DNA from: Thalia democratica
Lineage: Eukaryota
Length of the DNA stretch: 64,000 bases
Direction of reading: 5' to 3'
Assembly: GCA_965202585.1 (NCBI GenBank)
Contig: OZ241830.1
Span: forward strand, 31,248,001-31,312,000
Every line of letters begins with the position of its first letter. The stretch's first letter is position 1. The position numbers were made by a program, and so were the translations under genes. The notes beneath the pieces were generated by a model. It made no database searches, had not been told where the DNA came from, and saw nothing but the letters and a program-made list of their open reading frames with translations. Positions 39,442-51,790 of the stretch are shown here, one piece after another.

Positions 39442-39984
39442 ATGGAAGACAGAAATATCCGCAGCTTGAGACGAGGCAGCTCTCCTTGAGACGAGTCTCA
39501 GATGAAAACCGTCGACGGGAGCCGAGACGTCGAAACGAACGAAGTTTCCCGACGGAAGATCGATTTCGGAGTCGTATGCAAATAAGAGCGAGAAGAGAGG
39601 TTCGGAGAGAAAACGAGAGAGCGATGGCGTGGGTTCGGGAAGAGAGGGAAGTGAGGGCGCGCATGCAAGGATCAGCGTGGCTGCAGGCGATGAGAGAAGA
39701 GCTTGTGAGACACTGGGGAGCCGTTCTGCGAAATTTCGGAGAAGAAACATCGCCCGCGAGGGGTCTGACCTCCGAACGCATCGCAAGGTTTCAATGTTTC
39801 CATGGTGGGTCCAGACCAGTCCATGGTGGGTGAAAGGTGCGTTGTGTGCATGAGTGATTTGGAGGTTGGCACGCGGATGGTCCGTCTGGACTGTCACGTC
39901 GACCATTGTTTGTGCAAAGCTTGTGCGGACGGTTGGTTTAAAAACCACAACACATGTCCAAAGTGTCGGCGTGTTTTCAATTAG
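39442..39984 (+). pseudogene. Intronless RING-finger (E3 ligase-like) ORF with Arg/Glu-rich N-terminus; two apparent frameshifts
   Basis: ATG 39442, then a shift near 39486, an R/E-rich helix ending GLTSERIARFQCF, a shift at the duplicated TCCATGGTGGGT (39799/39820), then CVVC-x14-CHVDHCLCKAC-x3-W-x6-CPKC ending TAG 39984. GC/CpG-rich block. Confidence 0.8.
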
Positions 39985-41362
39985 AAATTTCAATAAGAAT
40001 TTTTTTCCAACGTCTTGTGATAATTTTTAATCTGTTATTAATCAATCTTTCTGTTAATTTAGTTAATAAATAATTTACCTTACTGAGACTTTCTTTGGTA
40101 CTTAAGTAATATAATTTTTGTATGAACATTAATGTTGCGTATTTTATTGTCTACATGATGTTTAACTTTATGTTATTCACATTTTTTGTATTTATTTTTT
40201 TTTTTTTTAACCCCAAAAAATACAACAAAAAACAATTACAATATACGGTAAAAAAAAAATTTAAATAGCTTTTCTAGCAAATTACTTATCTAAGTAGAAT
40301 GACCTGCCGATAAAATTTGTCCGTTTATATAAGTACGCATTTAGACACAAAGTATTTTTGTTCAGCTTAACTTTTTTTTATACTGAAATTGGCTTTATGT
40401 AAATAGTTCAAAACATTTGATTTATAGTATATAGCGTACGATCGACCAACTTACTAAATTTCAGAATAGCGTTGGGCAACAGTTTAACTTAAAAGGCCAG
40501 ACTAGAAATCATATCGTCCTCAGCAGGTTTTAGAATTAAAATTTCAATATATACATGATATTCACTCAATTGCCAGATTCAACATAATATTAGTTCAATT
40601 AGCATTTTTTTTATTGCTATGGGAATATGTACTAATAAAACTTATATATGCTAAAACACTCTACATTGTGAAAGTTTTTATTAAGGTTTAAAAAAATTCC
40701 TTTTACTGTATTCTAAAGTAAATCATTAAACGTGTAAAAGTTATTTATTTTATTTGAAATGATTAATCAAGTTCACCAAAACCACTTTAAAATGATTTTG
40801 TTTTGTAAACAAAATAAACTTAATTAAATTTATCAAACGCAAAAGAATGAATTATTTTAAAACGCCAACATATAAAATTTAAGATAAATACTTGTAAAAT
40901 TTAAAAATTCTTTTACGAAAAGAACAAAAATATCAGTTAAAGTGTTAAGCAAGCTCTGATATAAATGTATTTAAGTAATTTAAAAGTGTTCTTTTAAAAC
41001 CTTAATATACAATCAAAATTTATGAAAAGTAATATTAAAAAGCCCTAAAATATTAAGTATTGAAATAGTTTAGACGTTTGATAATAATATACTTAACATT
41101 AACACATTTCTTATAGTTTGAAGTTTTTATTCATTTTTATGCATATATTTTAGTATAAAAACGGTCGAATACAAAAAAAAAACGTTTTTTACTTATTTAA
41201 AAAAAGTAAACTGTTGAATTTAAACGAACAACATTTTTTAAACTTTAGTTCTCTCTGAAACATTGTTTTTGTGATTTTTTATTAGTTGTAACTTTTAGGT
41301 TTCTTAACAATAAAACCACAAAAACATAATAACTTAAAAACTTCCATAGAAACAGTAATGAG

Positions 41363-44300
41363 TTACTTTTCCCCGGAAACCAGCTCCTTTTTCACTATGG
41401 CAACCTGGCCCATACCAACGCTTCTTTCCCCTTCCTTACCAACCCCATTCTTACTGGTTGCCAACAACGGGTCCACGTTGCCTAGCGACACGTGTTTAAG
41501 GGGGGAGTGGAACGGGTTGCTAAGGGTTCGCTCCCAGTTCTGCTGCAAGCTGCCTAGCAACCGCGTGTACATGAAGGCCGCCGATTGGTCGAGAGAGGGA
41601 ATTTGGTGCATGGTGATTGGCTGATGGTTGAGGTGGCGGGATTTTTCCACCTGACTGCTCTCCTCGATCCTGTTTTCGGGAATTTTTTATATAAATTCAA
41701 AAATTTAAAACTTTTACTAAAAAAACTTTTAAAGCTTTGAACTGCAATGTTATTTATTACTGCTTGATTCGTTTTTTGACATTGTTTGCGTTGAAAAGTT
41801 TAATTGCGTTAGCTCACTAAATTTATAAGCAGCATCATTTTGATCAAAAGCTCATTAATATGAAAAGTAACATTTTTTATAAAGGTAATCAGAAATAAAA
41901 GTTATCAAAAATGAGATACGCATAAATGTTTTTACATTAAAACTATTCGAACTACTTTTTAAAAACAGATAATAAGTTATCTCTTTTGTAAGTAATAAAG
42001 CAGTTGAACTGATAACATGGATAACAAGCGTAATAAATCTCTATAAAAAATCGATTAATAATTCATAAGAAACCTGCATAAACAGTGTTCACAAGTACAT
42101 CCTCTTTTACTAATATTGTATTAACTTATCTTATTCAATAAAGAAAATTCTACGAGGTATGTTCATAGAGAATTATGAATTATTAAACAGTGTTCTCATA
42201 TTAAATAAGTATAAGATCTACTTAGTACAGACTTAAGTGACTTAGCTGAACTCTTTATACCTTACCTTACCTAAACCTTAAGTATACTTTAGTTGGTTTT
42301 GTAATTGTTTTACTTTCGATTTTAAATAATTTTTTGTTTTAAAGTTTTTATAGTCTTCAACTACAAATTTTACTTTTAGAAAACAATTAAGTTTTCCAGG
42401 TAAAACTTATGATAAGTTGAACAAAAAAGTTTGAAGAAATATTATCAAGTAAAAAAAGTTTAGAGCGTAAAAACTTTAATCAGAAACTGTATAGTATTTG
42501 AGGTTAAATGTTTAAAAATTATACTAACTACTCGGATTTATTAGAGCACCAAAATTGATTAAAAACAGTTGACTTTATTTCTACTATCACATTATCAAAC
42601 TGAAAGAATATTTGTATCTTAATTAAATAGAATTATGTTTGTTGACGCTTAGTAGTCCTAATTTTTAAATCTTGCAAAAACAAAAAAAAAAAATGTTTGT
42701 TTTTTAATTAAGGTTTAAAACTTGAGTTTGTCATTTAAACCACAAATTATATCTATACTCAACACTGCCGCCATATATAATATCATTTATCTAGATTTTA
42801 TTCATTTATTCGTAAACAAAAAATCTACCAACTGGCTTCAATGGCTTTTTCAAGGTCTTAAGTATTTTTAAGTATATTTAAGTCTAGTAAAATTTTAGTT
42901 TTAAGCTTTTATCAACAAACTTCAATCTGGCCTCGCTGGCGCGGTCCCTCTGCCTCTTGTTTTTGAACCAGTTGCCGACCTGGGTCGGGGTAAGTCCCGT
43001 GGCTGCGGCCAGTTTTTTCTTCATCGCGGGGTTGGGGTAGGCGTTTTGCGCGTACGACTCCCTCAGCAGGTTCCGAGTTCGTTCCTACGGTGAAAAAGTC
43101 ATGAGATTAATTACAAACACTTTCATATTTTTGTTTTTGAAAAATTTTCATTTAATTTTACTCTGAATAGTTGCAGTTTAGTCAGTTTTTGTAGTTAGGG
43201 TTTATTCGTTGTACATTGTTTATTACCGTGCAAAAATGTTATCGAAAATAATCTGATTTTTTAGAGATATAAAAGCAAGTCATAACACTGTAGTATTTAT
43301 TTTTAGCTTCATTTAGTAGAAAAAAAAAATTGTTTCAAAAAATAATTATTCACATAACAAATCATTATAACCTTTTATAGGCTTTTACTAAACGCTTTTG
43401 GTAAAATTTGTATCAGCTAAAAAAAATTGTATATTTTTTAATGTTTTACAAAAAAATAAACTTTGTGTAATTAACACAGATAATTAACGCAAAACTTTAC
43501 TTGTTTTGTAAATCAAAAGCGAAAGACTTTTTGAATTTTGTTATTAAACTAAAGATGTCATATATCTAAAAGTAACCAAAAATTGTTAAAAAGTCTGTTT
43601 TATAGCACAACTACCTAGACATATAACTCTAATTAAATTTTTCATAATAAATATTTTTTATAAAAGTTTAGTTTGAGAATTTATATATTTTAAACTTTTA
43701 TTAAAATGTTGTGTTTGTCGCTTTTTTTTTAAATTTAGTTCGCAAAAAGGGTAATGTCAATCAAATAAGGCTTAAACCAGTTTATTTTAATTCTTTTGTG
43801 AAAACATCAAGTCATTTTTTAGTTATTTTACTTGAATTTGTATGAATATGCTTATTAATGTAAGCAATCACGATAAAACTTGTAACTATTTAATTTTGAA
43901 AACTAATTTCAACTCAATAACTGTATTTAAAATATTCGCCAAAATGTTCACATGTGATTAGATAAGCTATGTTTTAAAATATATAAGTTTTTAGCTTTCT
44001 ATTGAATAATCTACCGAAAATAGCTATTAAGTCAACTAAATGGAAGAAATTTTAAAAACTTAATTAGTTTGTTTTTATATATTAGTTTATACTATGTTGA
44101 GTTTAAACATATTGCTACTAAAAATAAACTTAAAGCTTTATTTGAAATATCTTAATAAAACTTTTTTAAAAGCTCCTACTAATATTGCGTGCGAACTACT
44201 ATTGAGGGCTGTAAAATTCAAAATTGAAACAGAATTCCAGAACAAAAAATTCAGACAGCTTTTATGTTATCCAGTAATAAAACGATGAAAGGTTTGAAAA

Positions 44301-47300
44301 CATCGTTTTGTTTTAATTTTGTTTGCTAGTATGTCTGAAGGTTTAAAAGTGTTTGCTGTTTTAATACACGTGACTATAAAAATATTAAAGCTACTTTATT
44401 ATAAGTCAATTTCTCCTACTAAAATGTCTACTACTTTGTCTCAATGAAGCTAGTTCCGCGTTTTATTTTTTTGTATATAAACAAATGATTTATCTTTTTT
44501 ACTTATTAGTGTTTAGAAGTGTAGAAAAACTTTCTTTAAAAGTTGTAATTTTGATTTTGAAGTAGGTTTTTTTTATTAAAGAAGACAGTTTTAACTACAT
44601 TTTTTCATAAAAATGAAATATCTTTCTAGCTTAGTTTTGACTTGTAAGAATATTTTTAAGAAAACAGTTTTATTTGTATTTTTTACTGAATTCGAACTAT
44701 CCTGCTAGTTATTTTGATATATACAAATACAAAATGTTAGTCATTAAAACTGACAACAATGCTTTACCTTGAAGCAGTGCGACTTCTGTTCGCCGTCCCA
44801 TATGGTTCTGGGAAAGGGGAATTTTTTCCTGATGCGGTACTTGTCCACGGGACCGAGGGGTTTCCCCCTCATTTGTTGCGCTTGAACGTAGTGAGCCTCC
44901 AACCACATTGTCTGTGATAATGTATAAATGTTAAATACATAAACTAAAAAAAACAAAATAAATTGAAGTAATTAGATAATGGCAAGCTCACAAGTTTTTT
45001 AGATCGATTCTACAACGTTATTACAAATTTAACTAATCCAAAACTTTTAAGCTGGTGTTAGTTAGTTGAGTGTCTCGTTAAAATGTGTACATTATATATA
45101 TATATACATTATGTACATTAATATTGCAAAAACATTTACTATTTAGGTAAGCTGATTTTCATTTTTGTTATTATTTGTAATGGTTTAAAAACATTTTAAA
45201 AGCGTTTTAATAAAACTAAGCTTCATTTAACGTTAACTATGTTTAAACCTACTCCCATAAACTTGTTTGAATATAAAAAACTTTAGTGTGGAATAAGTTT
45301 TTATCAAAAACTTGGGTCTGTAAAAATTGTTACCCTATTTTTTTCACCAGAATAAGAACGCGTAAGTTTTTATTCTTAACCATTGTCAATGAAGACCATT
45401 AAAAGTAAGAACTCTAAAGTGACCAGCTATTATATGAGTTTAAGTTCACTAGTTATTAAAGTTTTTTTTTAATGAAATACAGGTATTTAAAGAACGAATG
45501 CAAAACGAAGCAACTTAAAACAAAGCCACAACTTGTTTAAACTCAGCTTCAAAGTTTTTGAACTAATAAACATGTTGTTCAACAACACTTAAAACAAGCC
45601 TAAAATATCAATTTATCATCGATTCAGTCTGAGAATCAGCTTCTCTTCATAAACAAGCACAAACTGCAAAGTAATATGCACACGAAAATAAATAAAATAA
45701 ACCCGATAGGGAAAAGACTCTCAACACCTCGTTTTATTAAAAGTCACGACGAGAAGCAAAATGCGTATTCTTGGGGCATATTAACTTCCATTACTTACAC
45801 GAGAAATACACAGAGAAGTTTAAAAATCCCCTTTTAAACTCTCAGCTGTGTGGATCGATGCGACGCGCGGCAAGTATAATATAATAGCGGCAAATTGGAT
45901 TACGACCTTTTTAGCCGAGCTCCACCGAGATGCAGGGCCGCTTTTCGCACCGTGTGAAGCTTTTAATAAGATGAGCGGCGCTTTATGAGTGTATTGCGCT
46001 GGTGCATATTGAGATCGGGTTTTGATTGAAATTGCTGCTGTGCGATTGTTTGTTGTTGCTTATTAACGATCAAAACAATTGGGCGGTGATTTCAATATAT
46101 GCGCGCGACGGTCCAAACGCGTTTGTTGAAGTTTAAGTGTTATGATGAATTTAAAAATATGTCTTTCTTAGGATTAAACATGTTTTATGTTTAGCAGATA
46201 TGTTTAACATGGCGTTGGCTGTAGTAGTGCTGTACAAGTTATTGGCAAAAAATTATTTTAATTTTTATTTTACTTTTAATCAATGGTACTGTTCGGTAAA
46301 TGACTATGTAATGTAGATTGTATTAAAGTTTAGATTTTAGTTTCGTTAAAAAAAAGGTTAGGGGTACTAGTTTTAATATACCACTGTACGGCTGCATTTG
46401 TACTGTTTCTCATTTATATAATTGAGCTTTGCATTAAATGAGTTAAGAAATGCTTGAAAACAGAACTACTGCAGCCAGCACTTTAACATGTGAACAGTTT
46501 GAGTGAGTCGTGTGAAAATCTAATTTTAATCTGACAGTTTAATCATTTGATTGAATCTAATATACTTTGGTGCAAAGTTTTGCTTAAAAGCAAGTTGGTT
46601 TTTATAAAGTTTACATCAAACTGCTGAATATTTAAAACAATTTTGTTGTTAAATTAGTATTAAGTTTATAATTTTCAAAACACTATATTTAAGTCATTAG
46701 ATAGTAAATTTAACTTATAAAAAAATTAACTGTTTTCTCTTGTAAAAACGGATAAGCTTGTTGTTAATGCGTGTAGAAAAAGTTAAACATAAACAACTTT
46801 TAAAAGTCTATTTTTTCAAAGAATACATTTTTTTACAACCTGATTAAACATTTCATAAAAAAGCTAAAAAGTAATCTTTAAATTTTTATCAATTGTTGTT
46901 GAACACTTAAAAAGTATAATGTCAAAAGCAAAGTATTTAACAACCGTTAGTCTACCATAATTCTTTTGACTTAATTAGAAAAATCAACAGCAAACATTTA
47001 ATTTTGTTTCATTGTGTTTTTAGTGTAGTAGCAAAAGCTTCGCATAAACAATTCAGGAAGTTTTGTTGCAGTTTTTCAATTGTTCACGAACTTAATAATC
47101 AGAAACTATCTTAAAGCTTTAGTAGGAAGTTATATAAGAAGTGTTTTTGAACCTTAGTAACTTGAATATTTTAGCAGTGTCCAAGATGTTTAAACAAACA
47201 AAATTAAGTTAGACTAAAAGGCAAGTTTAAAAAGTTAAAAAAAAAAAAAGTTATATTTTACTCGAAAGTGAAACAAAGTTATATTATGAAGCTAGCGTTT

Positions 47301-48351
47301 GATAGTTTTTACGATTATATAAGTATTCAATAAGCATTTATAAACTTAGTCGAAGATACCCTTAAAATAAAAAGTCCAAAAATAATATTTTTGAGTTTAA
47401 GTTACTTCGATTTTAGCGCCGAAATACGATTCTCACTACCTTTTACCTTCATCTAATTAAAATACATTGAGTTTAATATTTACACAAACCATTGATTTTA
47501 TTACATATTTCACCAACCCGATATAACAAAACAGTTTTTAACCGAAAAACCTTAAAACGGAAATATTTATTATTAAATAGTAAAACTCTAATACATTCAT
47601 ATTGATGTCAATTAATCAATAGTTTCATTTCAAATACGTCATACAAACTGTTTATAACAATTGTTAAAGTTGCACAAATTATTAAATTTTCCACCGACCT
47701 GCAGCACCTGGTGAGTGGACTTGTCGTTGAACCTGTGGTTTCTCATGATGTGGTACATGCTCTCGTAGTCCCCCTGGTGGAAGCAAACCTGACACCTCGA
47801 CCTCAGCACCACCTCGTCTGTGTTCAGCACCTGTTTATAATTGTTTGAATTACTCAAGATGGAAAATTTCGTTTATAAACAAAAACAAAAGCTATTCAAT
47901 TGGCACAAAATATCATCAAATTGGCAACTCTTACCTGTATGACCTGCGGGTGGGCCGGCAAAGACCACAGGAACCTGGCCAAGCGTTCAACGTCGCACTG
48001 CAGCGCCTCGCACACGACCCTGATCTGGTGCGGGTTGAAACCCGGTGGCTGGGGCTGGACGCTGGGTGGCGCCGCTGCGGTGGTCGTCTTGGCAACCGGA
48101 GGGTTCTGCTGCATGTTGTGGAGGAGCCACGAGTGGAGGACGAACGAGCGGAAGTTGAGGAGGTTCTGTGACGTCATCGGGTTCGAGGGCTTGGTATCAG
48201 CTTGCTGTGACGTCATAAAGCTGACGGGTTTTGCGTCGTTCTGTGACGTCACATTGGCGAGTTTCAAGTCGACAGGTGACGCGGTCGGTTTGATCGGAGG
48301 TGTTGTTGGTTGCGTGGCAACAATCTGCTGTTTCGTCTTTGGGGAGTTCAT
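41363..48351 (-). CDS. Six3/6: SIX-class homeobox transcription factor Six3/6 (optix), 387 aa, 5 exons
   Basis: Exons 48351-47935, 47830-47699, 44911-44768, 43084-42921 and 41669-41363 join in frame. SIX domain ([20 protein letters not shown]...[13 protein letters not shown]...MWLEAHY...[27 protein letters not shown]) and homeodomain [26 protein letters not shown]...[20 protein letters not shown]. The GEQK(T/S)HCFKE and PVDKYR motifs are diagnostic of the Six3/6 subfamily. Confidence 0.96.
45650..46230. promoter_or_regulatory. Candidate intronic enhancer in Six3/6 intron 2
   Basis: CpG/GC-rich island without an ORF inside AT-rich intron. GGATTA (K50/Otx-type) at 45897-45902; Sox-like ATTGTT/ACAAT sites. 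Confidence 0.5.
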
Positions 48352-48584
48352 TTTTTATTTATTTATAACTTTCGCTTTTCTGCAAATCCTTACACTTTAT
48401 TTCTGAGTAGTAAAAATCATCTAAAAAAATAAAAAAAATTATATAACTTTTATAGTACTTATGCTTTCAGCTCATTGCAAAAATGACAGTTTATTTTCAA
48501 GTAGATAAAAAAATATGCCTAACAAATAAAAAGAAAAAAAAAAACAAAAAAAAGTTCTCTTAAAATAATCCTTTTACGAACAAA

Positions 48585-48775
48585 AAGCCGTTGCCTAGTG
48601 ATATGTGCTCATGGGGTGGTGTTTGCCCCCGTAACTGGATTAGCCGTGTTTCGTTGCCAGGCGGATTGTTGCTATGTGTGCGGGCAGCCATTTCCGCGGT
48701 GGCGGCCATAGTGACAATGGGCTCAAATTAAATTAAGTTAATGCTGACAGCTTTCAACGCTGACATTTGTTTTAC
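48585..48775 (-). promoter_or_regulatory. Six3/6 proximal promoter region
   Basis: GC-rich block 240-420 bp upstream of the ATG. GGATTA at 48637-42, ACAATG at 48714-19, X-box-like GTTGCC(T)AG motifs. Confidence 0.55.
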
Positions 48776-51119
48776 CAAAACATTATATTTTTTTTAGTTT
48801 TAAGCCTACTTTGGTCATATGGGATATTTGGTTGACTTTTTATAATGTTTTTATTTACTTCTTTAAACTGTAAAACTTTTAAAAACTAACCGAACGGTAA
48901 ACGAGTTATTTTTAAATTATATGACCTATGTTTGCTTTATTAACATTTTTGGGTATTAACAGAAAATAAAGTTACAGCAAATTTTGATTTTTAAACCAGA
49001 AAGTTATAAACTTAAGTAAAATTTTTCTAAAAATACGATATCTTTTGCGATTTCATATACGCTATGCTTATTTTTTTCAATGATCTAAAAAGGTATTATT
49101 TTAAATTAAACAGTTTCTTTTTTATTACGGTCAACATTTGAAATTTTATTTAAATGGATAAATATGATACTTACAATAGTTAGGTAACCGATTAATAATA
49201 GCTATATAAATTACTATACAAGTGAAAGAAAGTTTTTATGTGAAACAAAACATGTACTTCTGTAAAATTATATCTACAACTCAATCTACCAACAAAGCAC
49301 GAGGTATTATTTGTTTAATACTTTTTCGAATAACATGTTTATAACGATTTAAGTGTGCATAGAATTAAAAAATGCTATAAAAAGTATTTGAAAAATTTGA
49401 TCTCTAATAGTTCAAAAAGGTCATGACTTTTGTTCTTTTATGAAACAAATGAACAGTAGAACAGCTTATATGTAAAGTAAACTTTCGTTTATATTTCTTA
49501 TACTAACTCTTATAGCTGTATACCAAATGTTGTCAAGTTTGTCGTTTTATACAAAATATTAATATTGGTTTACCCATCTTTTGTAACCAGCCTAAAGGCA
49601 GGTATAAAATGTTTACTTATATAATTATTACAATAACATAAGTCGCAAACATATTTAAATTTCAATTAAATATAAACTTTGTTCAAATTTAATTAAAAAT
49701 AAATTTTGCACTTTTTCAGGACAATAATACGCTAAGTTTGTAAAGTTAAAGAGACTAACACTGTACATACCACTAAGTTGTATAAGCTTTGTAGTTTTTA
49801 ATCAGCTAGCTTTCATTTTAAGCATGCTGCGTTTAACTTTTACACGACCGAGTTTAAAGAAAATTTTTCTGATGATTCGTGTTTCTCTGAAACATGTTTT
49901 ACTTACAAACGCAAACTACCTAAGGATAAGTTGTTTAGAACGATAAGTTCAACATTTAAAGATATGGTTTACCCGCTGTATACACTTTATTTAAAAATAC
50001 TTCAATTTGATGTTATATAAAAAAACATTAACTAGCTTTTGTGTTAGTACTCTGATATATGAAATTTAAAAAAATTAATATAAGTGTCCTAGATTTATTT
50101 AAGCTAAATAACCCACTACTAAAATGATACCATAAATCTACAGTTATACCTTAGAACGTGATATAAAAAAACAAAAAACACATATTAAATGCTAAAATCT
50201 GAATCATAAAGGAAGCACATTGATAGTAAAAAACTTAAACAGTCTTTAGTAGTACAATATATTTTGTAAAGTTTAGTTACCGTATATTAAACACAGTTGC
50301 AGTAAAAGTTTTCTGAAACAAATTTATTAGTTGTAATTGAAATTTTATTTTAACTGAGATATGATGTAGTTTTTAATATTTTAAAGTTTGAGAGTTTCTA
50401 TATTTTCATCTTGTATATAAGCTTTACTGAGATTTAATCATAAAATAATCTTTCATTTATTCTAAACAAAAGCTTATTTTAGTTAGAAGGTTTTAGTACA
50501 TGTACTTGTTTTTTATATAGTACTACACTTTATTACATGTACCATCCTCATAAACACTGTCGTAAAATGTTATAAACAGTATTATAAACAACAACTATTG
50601 TAATACTTTTTACATCTATCATTTAAAGTTTTACGTATCTGTTTCTCACACTAATACTTAACAGTTACCTCAAAAACATTTATTTGATTTTATAATTCAA
50701 ACTATATAACAAACTTACACTTGTATCTGACGATTGTATTTATATTTGATTATAGCATGAAAAATATTTAAGAAAACTTTTCTTAAATTAAGTAATGTAT
50801 TTGTTACTTTACTGATACTTCTAAATACCTATATAATTTTAGTTTATGCATTATGAAGTACCTCCTGTCACATATATACTTACACTGATAGTTCTAAGTA
50901 TGCTAAAAAAATAATCTTTTTTTACCAATCAGGTAACGTATTATGTACTTTTTTCTTGTAATGTTACTTTTTTACACTGATACCCATACGCACGAAAAAA
51001 ATTGCTTTTGCAATTGGTAATAGCTAAAATATTTGTTATAACATCTCATACTTCTCACTATGTTATGTAAGTCCCCAATAAAATTCATTCATGTCCTCAC
51101 TTTAGAAACAACTTTCGTT

Positions 51120-51790
51120 ATGACAAGCTCTTGCCCTCATCGCTCGCCTTTTATAACCGCTTCTTCCCTATCTCTTGCGTGCAAAAGTGATAAAAGCTCT
51201 GAACGGTTCGAATCAACGCGAGTTCTAATCCGTTTAACTTCGATAATTCTCTGCTTAAAAAAATCTTTTTTTAACACACAAGCAAGACGCGCTCCACCAG
51301 ATGGGATTTCGTCTATTTGCGATCTTGAAACGTTTCTTTTCTTTTTCTTGAAACACCCCCCCCCCCTCACAAAAGCGACACATTCGCGACTGCACCAATT
51401 AATTAGCTTTCTGTGCGCGCAAACTTTCGGCGCGTTTCGTTCAGAAAATTCTGCTGAATTTTTTTTTTTTGGTGCTGAAGTAAAACGAATTACTCGTGCA
51501 TAATTGAGTCTGTTGAGTTTCGCTGATTCGTCTTGAAATCTCCTCTGACTCAATCTGCGCCTCTCAACACCGAGCTCTTAACGCTGCTTCCAAATTGATT
51601 TACTTCGCACCAGAGCGGCAGATTTGTGCTGAGATCTAATTATAACACTTTCAGAACATTTCTCCAGGGTGGCCGGGACCTCTGAGAGTTTCTGGTGACC
51701 AATCTGAGATCGGTCACTTGCGAATACGCGCGTCGAATATCGAATGTGCGAATATCGAAGGTCACCTTGCGAAGCTGTTTTGCTGCGATT
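51120..51790. promoter_or_regulatory. Upstream CpG-rich non-coding island (candidate Six3/6 enhancer or alternative promoter)
   Basis: GC/CpG-rich with only shadow ORFs. TAATCC at 51226-31, TAATTA, a TATA-like TATAAAA on the minus strand at about 51150, palindrome at 51696-51718, repeated CGAATA. Confidence 0.5.

Noticed and set aside
47845-48406. Plus-strand ORFs 47845-48171 and 47900-48406
   Set aside because: Antisense shadows of Six3/6 exon 1.
51060-51553. Opposite-strand ORFs of 147 and 138 aa in the upstream island
   Set aside because: No domain, homopolymer-derived runs (G10, A11) and no ATG start for the minus ORF; better explained as regulatory sequence.
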